A stretch of DNA of 64,000 nt from Chloroflexota bacterium (GTDB lineage: Bacteria; Chloroflexota; Dormibacteria; Dormibacterales; Dormibacteraceae). This document shows positions 1 to 7,734 of the stretch, in pieces. The notes beneath the pieces are model-generated. The model did not search any database. It was given only the letters and a program-made list of their open reading frames with translations, and had not been told where the DNA came from. Every line of letters begins with the position of its first letter. Positions within the stretch are counted from its first letter, which is position 1. The stretch covers positions 43,716-107,715 of the forward strand of contig VBEF01000025.1 in the NCBI GenBank assembly GCA_005881275.1, in the 5' to 3' direction. The translations under genes were made by a program, and so were the position numbers.

Positions 1-524
1 TGCCAACCGTGACGTGCGTCGGGGTGGTCGACGCAGATCTGCCCTTGCACTTCCCCGACTATCGCTCCGCGGAGAACACGTTCTCGCTCGTTGCACAGGT
101 CGCCGGCCGGGCGGGCCGTGATGGGCGTCAGTCGCGAGTGATCGTGCAGACCAGCAACCCCGAGCACTACAGCCTGCAGTGCGCGGCGAAGGGTGACTAC
201 GAAGGGTTCTATGAGGCCGAGCTGCCGGCGCGCAAAGCGTTCGTCTTCCCACCCTTCGCCGACCTGGCAGTCCTGACCCGGACCGACCGCGAGGACGCTC
301 GCGCGGCGGCGTCAGCGCGCGAGGCAGCAGAGTCCATCGCATCCGGATTGTTGAAGGACGGGATCGACGGCATCCGAGTCATGGGCCCTTCGCCCGCTTT
401 CATCCATCGCTTGCGGGGTGAGTACCGCTGGCAGGTCACGCTGAAAGGAGATGGCCTCGAACGTGCCCGGCACCTGTCGCCGCGCGGCAGGGGATGGAGC
501 TACGACATCGATCCGGTCAGCTAG
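1..524 (+). CDS. priA: Primosomal protein N' (PriA), C-terminal part; 5' end lies outside the window
   Basis: The ORF is open to the left edge. VGVVDADLPLHFPDYRSAENTFSLVAQVAGRAGR and the following region resemble the helicase C-terminal and C-terminal domains of PriA. Confidence 0.85.
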   Translation, partial: PTVTCVGVVDADLPLHFPDYRSAENTFSLVAQVAGRAGRDGRQSRVIVQTSNPEHYSLQCAAKGDYEGFYEAELPARKAFVFPPFADLAVLTRTDREDARAAASAREAAESIASGLLKDGIDGIRVMGPSPAFIHRLRGEYRWQVTLKGDGLERARHLSPRGRGWSYDIDPVS

Positions 525-639
525 GGAGAGACCGATTTGAGAGCCGGTCCGGTTCCAGGCCTTCCGGGGCTAGGACGAGATCGAGGGCCGCGACGTCATG
601 CCCCACTCTCGCTGGGTCGTCTAACGCACCCTACCGAGG

Positions 640-667
640 TTGGGTTTTCGCACCTCCCGGGTAGAAT
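640..667 (+). promoter_or_regulatory. Sigma-70-like promoter candidate TTGGGT-N16-TAGAAT upstream of def
   Basis: TTGGGT at 640-645 and TAGAAT at 662-667. The def GTG at 675 lies 7 nt downstream of the -10 box. Confidence 0.35.
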
Positions 668-674
668 CGAGTTC

Positions 675-1187
675 GTGGTTCGGCCAATTCTCACCTTTGA
701 AAATCCAGTCCTTCGCGAGAAAGCGAAGAAAGTCCCGCGCGTCGACGCGTCCATCCAGCGCCTCCTGGATGATCTGACCGAGACCATGCTCGATGCTCCG
801 GGCGCCGGGCTGGCGGCCAACCAGATCGGCGTGGCGCTGCGGGTCTGCGTCGTCAAAGGCGACGACAAGCAGATCTGGGGCCTCGTCAATCCGGAGATCG
901 TCAAGAAGGAAGGCGTCCAGACCGGCTACGAGGGCTGTTTGAGCTACCCGGGCTGGGTGGGTGAGGTGGAGCGGGCCGAGATCGTTGTGGTGAAGGGCCG
1001 CAACCGCCACGGCAAAGAGATCAGGGTCAAGTCATCCGGCTTCACGGCTCGCGCTTTCCAGCACGAGCTCGACCATCTCGACGGTGTGCTCTTCACCGAC
1101 AAGCTCACCAGCCTCGACTCGCTTCGGCGCGTCGAAGAGCTGATCGGTGAGGAGAAGGAAGAGGCCGTCGCCGCGGCCTCGGGGTAA
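675..1187 (+). CDS. def: Peptide deformylase
   Basis: Motifs GLAANQIG, EGCLSYPG and HELDHLDG. Homology begins at GTG 675. The 537 start in the ORF track adds a non-homologous Arg/Gly/Pro-rich extension. Confidence 0.93.
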   Translation: MVRPILTFENPVLREKAKKVPRVDASIQRLLDDLTETMLDAPGAGLAANQIGVALRVCVVKGDDKQIWGLVNPEIVKKEGVQTGYEGCLSYPGWVGEVERAEIVVVKGRNRHGKEIRVKSSGFTARAFQHELDHLDGVLFTDKLTSLDSLRRVEELIGEEKEEAVAAASG

Positions 1188-1231
1188 CGTCCTTCTACAG
1201 GATCGCCTTCGCCGGTACGTCGGGGTTCGCC

Positions 1232-2020
1232 GTGCCGTCGCTTCGAGCTCTTCACGCCGCGGGTCATGAGATCTTGCTCGTGGTCACGCAGCCAGACCGG
1301 CCGGCGAACCGCGGGATGAAGATCACGCCGCCGGCTGTGAAGGTCGCGGCGGAGGAGTTGGGTTTGCCCGTCTATCAACCCGAGAGGATTCGCGATCCGG
1401 AAGCGGTTGAGCGACTTCGCGCCCTCGCTCCGGACCTCCTGGTCGTGGTCGCGTATGGGCAGATCATTCCGCGTTCCGTGCTTTCGATTCCCCGCCTGGG
1501 CGCGATCAACGTGCACGCCTCGCTCTTGCCCCGGCATCGCGGCGCGGCGCCGGTTGCACGCGCCATCCTCGCCGGCGATCGGGAGACCGGAGTGTCGATC
1601 ATGAGGATGGATGAGCAGCTCGACCACGGTCCCGTCCTGGCGAATGCGGCGACACCGATCGGGGATCGCGAGGATGCCGGCTCACTCACGAAGCGGTTGG
1701 CCGAAATGGGGGCGGATCTCCTGGCCGAGACCGTGGAGAAATTCGACGAGCTCGCGGCGCAGGAACAGGACCATGCCCAGGCGACGGTCGCTTCCAAGTT
1801 GAAGAGGGAAGAGGGGCAGCTCGAGTGGGAGATGGGAGCGAAGGAGATCGATCGTCGCGTGAGGGGACTCCAGCCATGGCCCGGCGCTACTCTGCCGACC
1901 GCGCGAGGTCGGGTGAAGGTGTTGAGCGGGCACCTCGCAGGCGATCGCTACGTGCCCGACGTCGTGCAGCTGCCGGGCAAGAAGCCCGCGCCCGCGAAGC
2001 AGGTCCTCGGCGATGCCTGA
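1232..2020 (+). CDS. fmt: Methionyl-tRNA formyltransferase; the true N-terminus is probably upstream of the first canonical start
   Basis: [14 protein letters not shown] motif and a C-terminal Fmt domain. The conserved RIAFAGTSGFA strand is encoded in-frame at 1199-1231, before GTG 1232. Confidence 0.9.
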   Translation: MPSLRALHAAGHEILLVVTQPDRPANRGMKITPPAVKVAAEELGLPVYQPERIRDPEAVERLRALAPDLLVVVAYGQIIPRSVLSIPRLGAINVHASLLPRHRGAAPVARAILAGDRETGVSIMRMDEQLDHGPVLANAATPIGDREDAGSLTKRLAEMGADLLAETVEKFDELAAQEQDHAQATVASKLKREEGQLEWEMGAKEIDRRVRGLQPWPGATLPTARGRVKVLSGHLAGDRYVPDVVQLPGKKPAPAKQVLGDA

Positions 2021-2477
2021 TCGGGACGACAAAGACCGGGACGTCGCGGTCAACCGCCGCGCCTACCACGACTACTTCATCGATGAGAAGTACGAAGCGG
2101 GGGTGATGCTCACCGGGACGGAGGTGAAGTCGATCCGGAACGGACGGGCCAACCTTCGCGATGGTTTCGTGCGAATCGACAACGGCGAGGCGTGGCTGGA
2201 GAACGTTCACATCTCGCCTTATGCTCAGGGCAATGTCATGAACCATGACCCGCTGCGTCCGCGCAAGCTCTTGCTGCACCGCAAGCAGATCTCGAGCCTG
2301 ATCGGCAAGGTGAAGCAGAAGGGTTACACGCTCATCCCTCTGCGCATTTACTTCACCCGCAACCATGCCAAGGTCGAGGTCGGCCTGGCCAGAGGCAAGC
2401 GCCAGTTCGACAAGCGCGAGGCGATCGCGGAAAGGGACGCCAAGAGAGAAATCGCGCGAGCCGTGCGGCGCGGCTGA
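2013..2477 (+). CDS. smpB: SsrA-binding protein SmpB
   Basis: [43 protein letters not shown] is the canonical SmpB pattern. It overlaps the fmt stop by 8 nt. Confidence 0.95.
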   Translation: MPDRDDKDRDVAVNRRAYHDYFIDEKYEAGVMLTGTEVKSIRNGRANLRDGFVRIDNGEAWLENVHISPYAQGNVMNHDPLRPRKLLLHRKQISSLIGKVKQKGYTLIPLRIYFTRNHAKVEVGLARGKRQFDKREAIAERDAKREIARAVRRG

Positions 2478-2495
2478 GAAGTTGGCGTGAGGATC

Positions 2496-2562
2496 GACCA
2501 TTTGGGCTCGAATGGCTGAATCAACCCGCCGAAGACGTGACCATTTGGGCCCGAATGGCTGA
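2496..2562. repeat. Two copies of a 24-nt direct repeat, each containing a CCATT-N8-AATGG hairpin
   Basis: GACCATTTGGGCTCGAATGGCTGA at 2496-2519 and GACCATTTGGGCCCGAATGGCTGA at 2539-2562 differ at one position. They sit between the convergent smpB and GNAT genes. Confidence 0.6.
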
Positions 2563-2583
2563 CGCCGTGGATGCCAAAACGGA

Positions 2584-3096
2584 CTAGTCGCGCAACTCGT
2601 CAGCGAGCATGTCCATGAGCAGCCCGTCGTGCCACTCGCCGGCCGGGCCGCGCTCGTACTGGCGCATGAACCCCACCGGCTTGAAACCGACCCTCTCATA
2701 GGCCTTGATCGCGCGCGAGTTATGCGCGGCCGGGTCGATCGTGAGCCGGTGATGGCCGCGCTTGTTGATCAGGAATCGCGCCAGGGTCCTGATCGCATCC
2801 GGCCCGTGGCCTTTGCCCTGCCACCTCGACCGGATGGAGATGTCAATCGCCGCATACCGGTACATCGGGTCGGCTTCCTCATAACACTGGATATAGCCGA
2901 TCGTCTCGCCGTCGAACTCGATGAGGAAGTGGGATTCGCCCTCCGGAATCTCGATCGTCTCTCGCACGGACTTGGTCGGGTCGCCCCACCACCGGGCCAC
3001 CTCAGGGTCGCTGAAAATCTCCATGAGCTTGGCCTCGTCGTCCGCTCGAACGGGACGCAGCGTGACCTGCGTCCCCGCGAGAACCTCTTCGATCAA
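2584..3096 (-). CDS. GNAT family N-acetyltransferase
   Basis: The motif RWQGKGHGPDAIRTL..AYERVGFKP is an acetyl-CoA-binding GNAT core. Proposed TTG start at 3096-3094 overlaps the upstream stop (TTGA). The 3240 start in the ORF track runs into the upstream gene. Confidence 0.8.
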   Translation of the reverse strand: MIEEVLAGTQVTLRPVRADDEAKLMEIFSDPEVARWWGDPTKSVRETIEIPEGESHFLIEFDGETIGYIQCYEEADPMYRYAAIDISIRSRWQGKGHGPDAIRTLARFLINKRGHHRLTIDPAAHNSRAIKAYERVGFKPVGFMRQYERGPAGEWHDGLLMDMLADELRD

Positions 3097-4076
3097 GCGG
3101 CGAGGTTGATGCCGATCGCGCGCAGTCGCTTGTTCAGCGATTCGAACGCGTATGTGAGGATCTCGCTTTCCGTGTGTCCGTACTCGGTGATGTAGCGAGG
3201 GTCGGGCGGGTCGAGCGTGCCCGAGATCAGCGGCAAGCACTCCACCAGCGTCTTCTGGATGAGCGGCGCAAAGCGCTGTGGATCTTCGCGCACGGCTTCC
3301 TGCAGCACCTTGATCCCGAAGTTGACGTGGCGCGACTCGTCGCGCGCGATGGCAGTGAAGCCGCGATAGAAGCCGCGATCCGTGAGGCTCTGCTCGCGCA
3401 TGGCCTCCAGCTCAAAGCGCTGTCCGGTGAGCGCGATGGTCGCCTCGACGACGATGTGATACAGGGTCACGCCCTCTACGAACGCGTCGAAGTCCTTGGG
3501 GTTACTGGCCAGGCGCTGAGCCGCCGAGGGCAGCCGCTCATAAAAGAGGATGTTGTAACCCTCGTTCGCCTCGGGCCGGATCTCGGTCAGCAGCTCTCCC
3601 AGGCTCTTGGCGCCGGTGCCTACGACGTCGTGCCACCACCGCTGGAAGAAAACGGTGTGCCGCGCCTCGTCCACCATCTGGGTGGAAAGAAAGATCTCGA
3701 TCTCTGGAGTGGGCGCCGCCCATACGAACGGGGCAAGGGTCGAAGTCACCCGCTCCTCGCCGTTGAAGAAAAGGCGGTGGGACCAGAGGGTCGCCTTCCT
3801 GTCCAGCTCGTTTGACTCCAACCAGTCCTGGCGGTCGAGGCTGAAGTCGAGATCGCCCACCGACCACTGCTGAGACTCCCATCGCCGGTAGAGGTCCATG
3901 TAGCTCGGCATGTTCTCGATACCCCGGTCGATGAACGACAGCACGTCGTCAATCCGGATGTCGCCGAGCTCGCTGAGGCTCGCCCGCCCGATGTGTTCGA
4001 GGTCGACCGCCATGATCCGGCGCTCATTAGACCAGAAGGCGGTCGGCTGCCACGCGATCGTCGGGGCGGAGGCCAC
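3093..4076 (-). CDS. Ferritin-like diiron-carboxylate protein of the RNR R2 / R2-like ligand-binding-oxidase family
   Basis: Two E-x-x-H motifs (VDEARHTVFF, ARDESRHVNFG) plus single upstream Glu residues (NGEERV, VVEATI), spaced as in R2-type proteins. Start could alternatively be the internal Met at 4013. Confidence 0.7.
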   Translation of the reverse strand: MASAPTIAWQPTAFWSNERRIMAVDLEHIGRASLSELGDIRIDDVLSFIDRGIENMPSYMDLYRRWESQQWSVGDLDFSLDRQDWLESNELDRKATLWSHRLFFNGEERVTSTLAPFVWAAPTPEIEIFLSTQMVDEARHTVFFQRWWHDVVGTGAKSLGELLTEIRPEANEGYNILFYERLPSAAQRLASNPKDFDAFVEGVTLYHIVVEATIALTGQRFELEAMREQSLTDRGFYRGFTAIARDESRHVNFGIKVLQEAVREDPQRFAPLIQKTLVECLPLISGTLDPPDPRYITEYGHTESEILTYAFESLNKRLRAIGINLAA

Positions 4077-4173
4077 GACCTCGTCCTTCGGCCAGTGGGA
4101 AGGTGAGCCCCGTCCTGGGTTTCCGTCTGGGGGCGGCCGGGTAAGATCTGAACTGCACCAGGTTCAGCTTCGT

Positions 4174-4550
4174 GGGGGCGTCCGGTCTCGACGGGGCAGT
4201 TGAGCTTCGGGATTGCGAGCCGAGAGCCGCGAGCGTTACAGCGCAGCGTTTACAAACGCCAAGAACAGACCAGCTTTCGCCCTCGCTGCGTAAGCAGTAA
4301 GGACTGAAGCCCCGGGACGCTGATCCCGGGCGTCGCCCTCGGTCAATCCGGCGGACCGGGGAACGGCGTTACATAGACCGGATCGCTACCGCAGGGGCGC
4401 CACGGCCCTGAGGTAGGACAGTCACCGCGGCTGGCAGAAGCGGATCCCGTCGGGAGGAGCCGCCAAGCGAGATCAAACTCCCGGACACGCTCGTAGAAAT
4501 CTCGGAGGAAGCTGCTTCGGACGCGGGTTCAACTCCCGCCGCCTCCACCA
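4174..4550 (+). ncRNA. ssrA: Transfer-messenger RNA (tmRNA, SsrA), 377 nt including the encoded CCA
   Basis: The 5' GGGGGCG pairs with the 3' CGCCUCC-ACCA, including the G3:U identity pair. T-arm is GCGGGTTCAACTCCCGC. The internal tag ORF ends ...AKNRPAFALAA-TAA at 4258-4293. Confidence 0.9.
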
Positions 4551-4557
4551 AGTCTCG

Positions 4558-4707
4558 CTAGTCATTCTTCGAGTGCGGGAACCAGCGCTCCTTGTACGAG
4601 CTCCGTGCGCCGGCGAAACCAGGCCGCGACTCTGCCCCAAAGAGACCCATGAGGACGCAAATCACCGACAGGGTCACGAGCGCCAATGGCAGCGCCCACG
4701 CGTCCAT
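4558..4707 (-). CDS. Candidate 49-aa small membrane protein (not in the ORF track)
   Basis: ATG 4707 to TAG 4558 translates to MDAWALPLALVTLSVICVLMGLFGAESRPGFAGARSSYKERWFPHSKND. It has one hydrophobic helix followed by a charged tail. No clear SD sequence. Confidence 0.35.
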   Translation of the reverse strand: MDAWALPLALVTLSVICVLMGLFGAESRPGFAGARSSYKERWFPHSKND

Positions 4708-4803
4708 GGCTGGAGCGTACGACGGTCAATCCGACATGTCGAGGCCTTGCCGAATCGGATCGAGGCCCGAATAACCTTGGGCATTTCGGGGTAAGACACT
4801 TGC

Positions 4804-5244
4804 GTGAGCAATAGTTTCAACGACTTCAACCAGGCCCTCATCAAGGACCTTCGAGCCAACGGCGGCCGGGCCTCCGGTGGCCCGTTCAAGGGCGGCGACG
4901 TCCTGATCCTGACCACCACAGGAGCCAAGACGGGCGAGACCCGCGAGAACCCCTTGGCGTTCTCCCAGGACGACGGCAATTACGTAGTCGTCGCTTCGAA
5001 GGGCGGTGCCCCGATCAACCCGGCGTGGTACCACAATCTTCGCGCCAACCCGATCGTCAAGGTCGAGGCCCTGGGCGAGACCTTCAAAGCCCGAGCCTCC
5101 GTCGTCGACGACGAGGAGGACTACGAGCGCCTCTACCGGGAGCACGCGAGGAAGATGCCCGGATTCAACGAATACCGCCAGCGAACCAGCCGGAAGATCC
5201 CGGTCATCGTGCTCGAGCGGGCCGGTTCGGAACACGCCGCTTAA
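4804..5244 (+). CDS. Deazaflavin (F420)-dependent nitroreductase-family oxidoreductase (DDN-like)
   Basis: LILTTTGAKTGETRENPLAF..VVVASKGGAPINPAWYHNLRANP is the signature of the split beta-barrel F420H2-dependent family. Confidence 0.85.
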   Translation: MSNSFNDFNQALIKDLRANGGRASGGPFKGGDVLILTTTGAKTGETRENPLAFSQDDGNYVVVASKGGAPINPAWYHNLRANPIVKVEALGETFKARASVVDDEEDYERLYREHARKMPGFNEYRQRTSRKIPVIVLERAGSEHAA

Positions 5245-5293
5245 CTGGTTCCAGCCGCCGGACAACCGGAGTAACCTTCGCCGGGTGCCTGAC

Positions 5294-5845
5294 TTGAGTC
5301 ACCTTTGGCAGCGTTTCGTGCTCGCCAGCGCGCTGATTTTTGGCCTGCTGCTTGGGGTGGCGGCGACCGTTTTCGGCTACAGCAACACAGGCCAGGTCGC
5401 GGTCGGATGGTCCGTATTTCGGTTGGACGGCGTCCCTCTGTGGACGGTCGCCCTCGTCCCGCTGGCGCTGGTGCTGGTCACCGGCACCGTCTATCACTGG
5501 TTCAACAGCCTCCACCACTTCACCGAGCACATGCGCCACCGCAAGCGCGTCCATGAGCTCGAGGCCGAGGTGACGTCGCTCCGGGCGCACCTCGATAGGC
5601 TCCTCGAGATGCCCGACCAGTCGTTGTCTCGGTTTCCGGCCAAACAGCTCAGCATCGAGACGATCTCGGAACCGGCGCCGGATCTCCCTGAACCGGTGGC
5701 CTCCAACGGCGACGCCTCGCCGGCCAAAAAGGCGCGCAAGCGCGTCTCCTTGACGACGATCTCAGACCCGGAGCCCGCCACCGCCTCCGTCCCCAGGAAT
5801 GGGGAGGAGACCGCGCCCCGCGAAGAAAAACCCGCGGAGGCCTGA
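5294..5845 (+). CDS. LapA-domain (DUF1049-like) membrane protein with a disordered C-terminal tail
   Basis: Two TM helices, then a basic segment (HMRHRKRVHELEAEV) and a coiled segment. Proposed TTG start at 5294. The upstream part of the 5006 ORF is Arg-rich shadow sequence overlapping the DDN gene. Confidence 0.5.
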   Translation: MSHLWQRFVLASALIFGLLLGVAATVFGYSNTGQVAVGWSVFRLDGVPLWTVALVPLALVLVTGTVYHWFNSLHHFTEHMRHRKRVHELEAEVTSLRAHLDRLLEMPDQSLSRFPAKQLSIETISEPAPDLPEPVASNGDASPAKKARKRVSLTTISDPEPATASVPRNGEETAPREEKPAEA

Positions 5846-6639
5846 TGGGCGACGCGTATCGTCGGGATATCAGTGATCGTCGCCGCGCCGGCCGTCTGGT
5901 CGTACCGTCCGAGCAGGCCCCCGCTGACCGGACCCTGCTCGAACGCAGCGCGATCGAAGAACTCAGCCACCACGCCGATCCCTGGCGCGTGTTGCGCATT
6001 CTCTCCGAGTTCGTGGAGGGGTTTGACGCCCTAAACGACGTGGGTCCCGCGGTCACGGTCTTCGGCTCGGCTCGGGCGAAGGACGACGATCCCTACTACA
6101 AAGCGGGCGAGCAGCTGGGCAAAGCGCTGGCCGACCGCGGCTTTGCCGTCATCACAGGTGGCGGTCCCGGAATCATGGAGGCGGTCAACAAGGGCTGCCA
6201 CGATGCCGGCGGCCTGTCGGTTGGCTGCAACATCGAGCTGCCTCACGAGCAGTCGCTGAACAAGTACGTCGACCTCGGCGTCGAGTTCCGCTACTTCTTC
6301 GTCCGCAAGAACATGTTCGTCAAGTACGCGCGAGGATTCGTCATCTTCCCCGGCGGCTTCGGCACGCTCGACGAGCTGTTTGAATCGCTGACGCTGGCCC
6401 AGACCGGCAAGATCGAGCACTTCCCGATCGTGCTTTTCGGTTCGCCCTACTGGAAGGGTCTGCTGGGATGGCTGGAGGAACACGTCCTCGCGGGGGGCGC
6501 GATCGCCCCGGACGACCTGAAGCTGATGACGCTCACCGACGACCCGGAAGAGGCCGCCGAAATGGCCACGCGCCCGCTGCCCGTGCATATCGACGAGCCG
6601 CGCGAACAGACCGGCGAACCGAAGGCAGACGCGCGATAA
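5845..6639 (+). CDS. LOG-family (TIGR00730-type) Rossmann-fold protein, putative nucleotide 5'-monophosphate nucleosidase
   Basis: VTVFGSAR, GGGPGIMEA and the PGGFGTLDE motif. The ATG overlaps the upstream TGA (TGATG). Confidence 0.9.
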   Translation: MGDAYRRDISDRRRAGRLVVPSEQAPADRTLLERSAIEELSHHADPWRVLRILSEFVEGFDALNDVGPAVTVFGSARAKDDDPYYKAGEQLGKALADRGFAVITGGGPGIMEAVNKGCHDAGGLSVGCNIELPHEQSLNKYVDLGVEFRYFFVRKNMFVKYARGFVIFPGGFGTLDELFESLTLAQTGKIEHFPIVLFGSPYWKGLLGWLEEHVLAGGAIAPDDLKLMTLTDDPEEAAEMATRPLPVHIDEPREQTGEPKADAR

Positions 6640-7712
6640 CTTCGCTCGACTTCTATTTTCTGACCGACGGCGGCCAGGTCGCCGACGCCGTCGCCCAGCG
6701 CCTCGCCACCTTCCTGGATGGCGCGACCAGATCGCTGGATGTCGCCATCTATGACCTGCGGTTGGAGGATTCGCCCGGCAACACGCTCTTCAACTCGTTT
6801 CAGGCCGCGGTCCAAAGAGGCGTCGCGGTCCGACTCATCTTCAACGAAGACCACGCCCTGGCCATCCCTGTGCCGCCACCACCTGAGATCGACTGGTCGT
6901 TCGTACATCGATTGGAATCGGTCGGAGTGCAGGTGAAGCCGATACCCGGTGTGCCGGACCTGATGCACCACAAGTACGTCGTGCGCGATGCCGGCGGGGC
7001 TGTGGCATCGGTGTTGACAGGTTCGACCAACTGGACCAACGATTCGTGGAACCGTGAAGAGAACGTCATGTTCACCGTCGCGTCGAGCGAGGTCGCGGGT
7101 GGATACGCGGCGAACTTCCAGGGCTTGTGGGACAAGCCGATCGTGGCGCTGTCCGGCCGCGTCTCGTTGCTCTGGTCTGCGTTGGCCGACGGAACACGCG
7201 TCCGCCCCTACTTCTGTCCCGGCCGCAGCCTGAAGCTCGTCCACGCGATGTCGCGGTCGATCGCGTCGGCGCAGAAACGCATTCGCGTTTGCTCGCCGGT
7301 GATCACGTCGGGCCCGATCCTGGGCACGCTGGCCGAGGTGGTCGAACAGGCAAAGGTGGATATCGCCGGTGTGTACGATGCGACCCAGATGGACGAGGTT
7401 CAGCGCCAGTGGGGAGCGCAGGGGGGCGCCACCTGGAAGATCGCGGCCTTTCACACCATCATCGGCGCCGCTCGGTTCGGATCCAAGCGTTCCACGCCTT
7501 ACGCGAAAGGCACCGTCCATGATTTCATGCACGCGAAGATCCTGGTCGCGGATGACTATGTCTATATCGGCAGCTTCAATCTCTCGCACAGCGGCGAGAG
7601 CAACGCGGAGAACGTGATTCAGATCGAGAGCGCTGAGGTGGCCGACATTTGCGCCGCCTACATCGATCGCGTCGCAGCCCGTTACGGGGCGCCTCCCCCA
7701 GCGGTGGCGTAG
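6468..7712 (+). CDS. Phospholipase D-like (two HKD motifs) domain protein; start codon unresolved
   Basis: HHKYVVRD..GSTNWTNDSW and HAKILVADDYVYIGSFNLSHSG. Homology begins near 6640. The only canonical upstream start is ATG 6468, a 172-nt overlap with the LOG gene. The next in-frame start is TTG 6762, inside the conserved region. Confidence 0.8.
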   Translation: MAGGTRPRGGRDRPGRPEADDAHRRPGRGRRNGHAPAARAYRRAARTDRRTEGRRAITSLDFYFLTDGGQVADAVAQRLATFLDGATRSLDVAIYDLRLEDSPGNTLFNSFQAAVQRGVAVRLIFNEDHALAIPVPPPPEIDWSFVHRLESVGVQVKPIPGVPDLMHHKYVVRDAGGAVASVLTGSTNWTNDSWNREENVMFTVASSEVAGGYAANFQGLWDKPIVALSGRVSLLWSALADGTRVRPYFCPGRSLKLVHAMSRSIASAQKRIRVCSPVITSGPILGTLAEVVEQAKVDIAGVYDATQMDEVQRQWGAQGGATWKIAAFHTIIGAARFGSKRSTPYAKGTVHDFMHAKILVADDYVYIGSFNLSHSGESNAENVIQIESAEVADICAAYIDRVAARYGAPPPAVA

Positions 7713-7734
7713 CGCGCTGACCCGGCCCCGGATT

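Noticed and set aside
4369-4551. A 60-aa minus-strand ORF and small plus-strand ORFs at 4573-4794.
   Set aside because: The first lies entirely inside the tmRNA gene. The plus-strand ones have no SD, no hydrophobic or motif features, and overlap the better-supported minus-strand 49-aa candidate.
4551-4803. Possible genomic-island integration at the tmRNA 3' end.
   Set aside because: No integrase, no duplicated copy of the tmRNA 3' segment and no compositional island is visible. The flank leads directly into ordinary genes.
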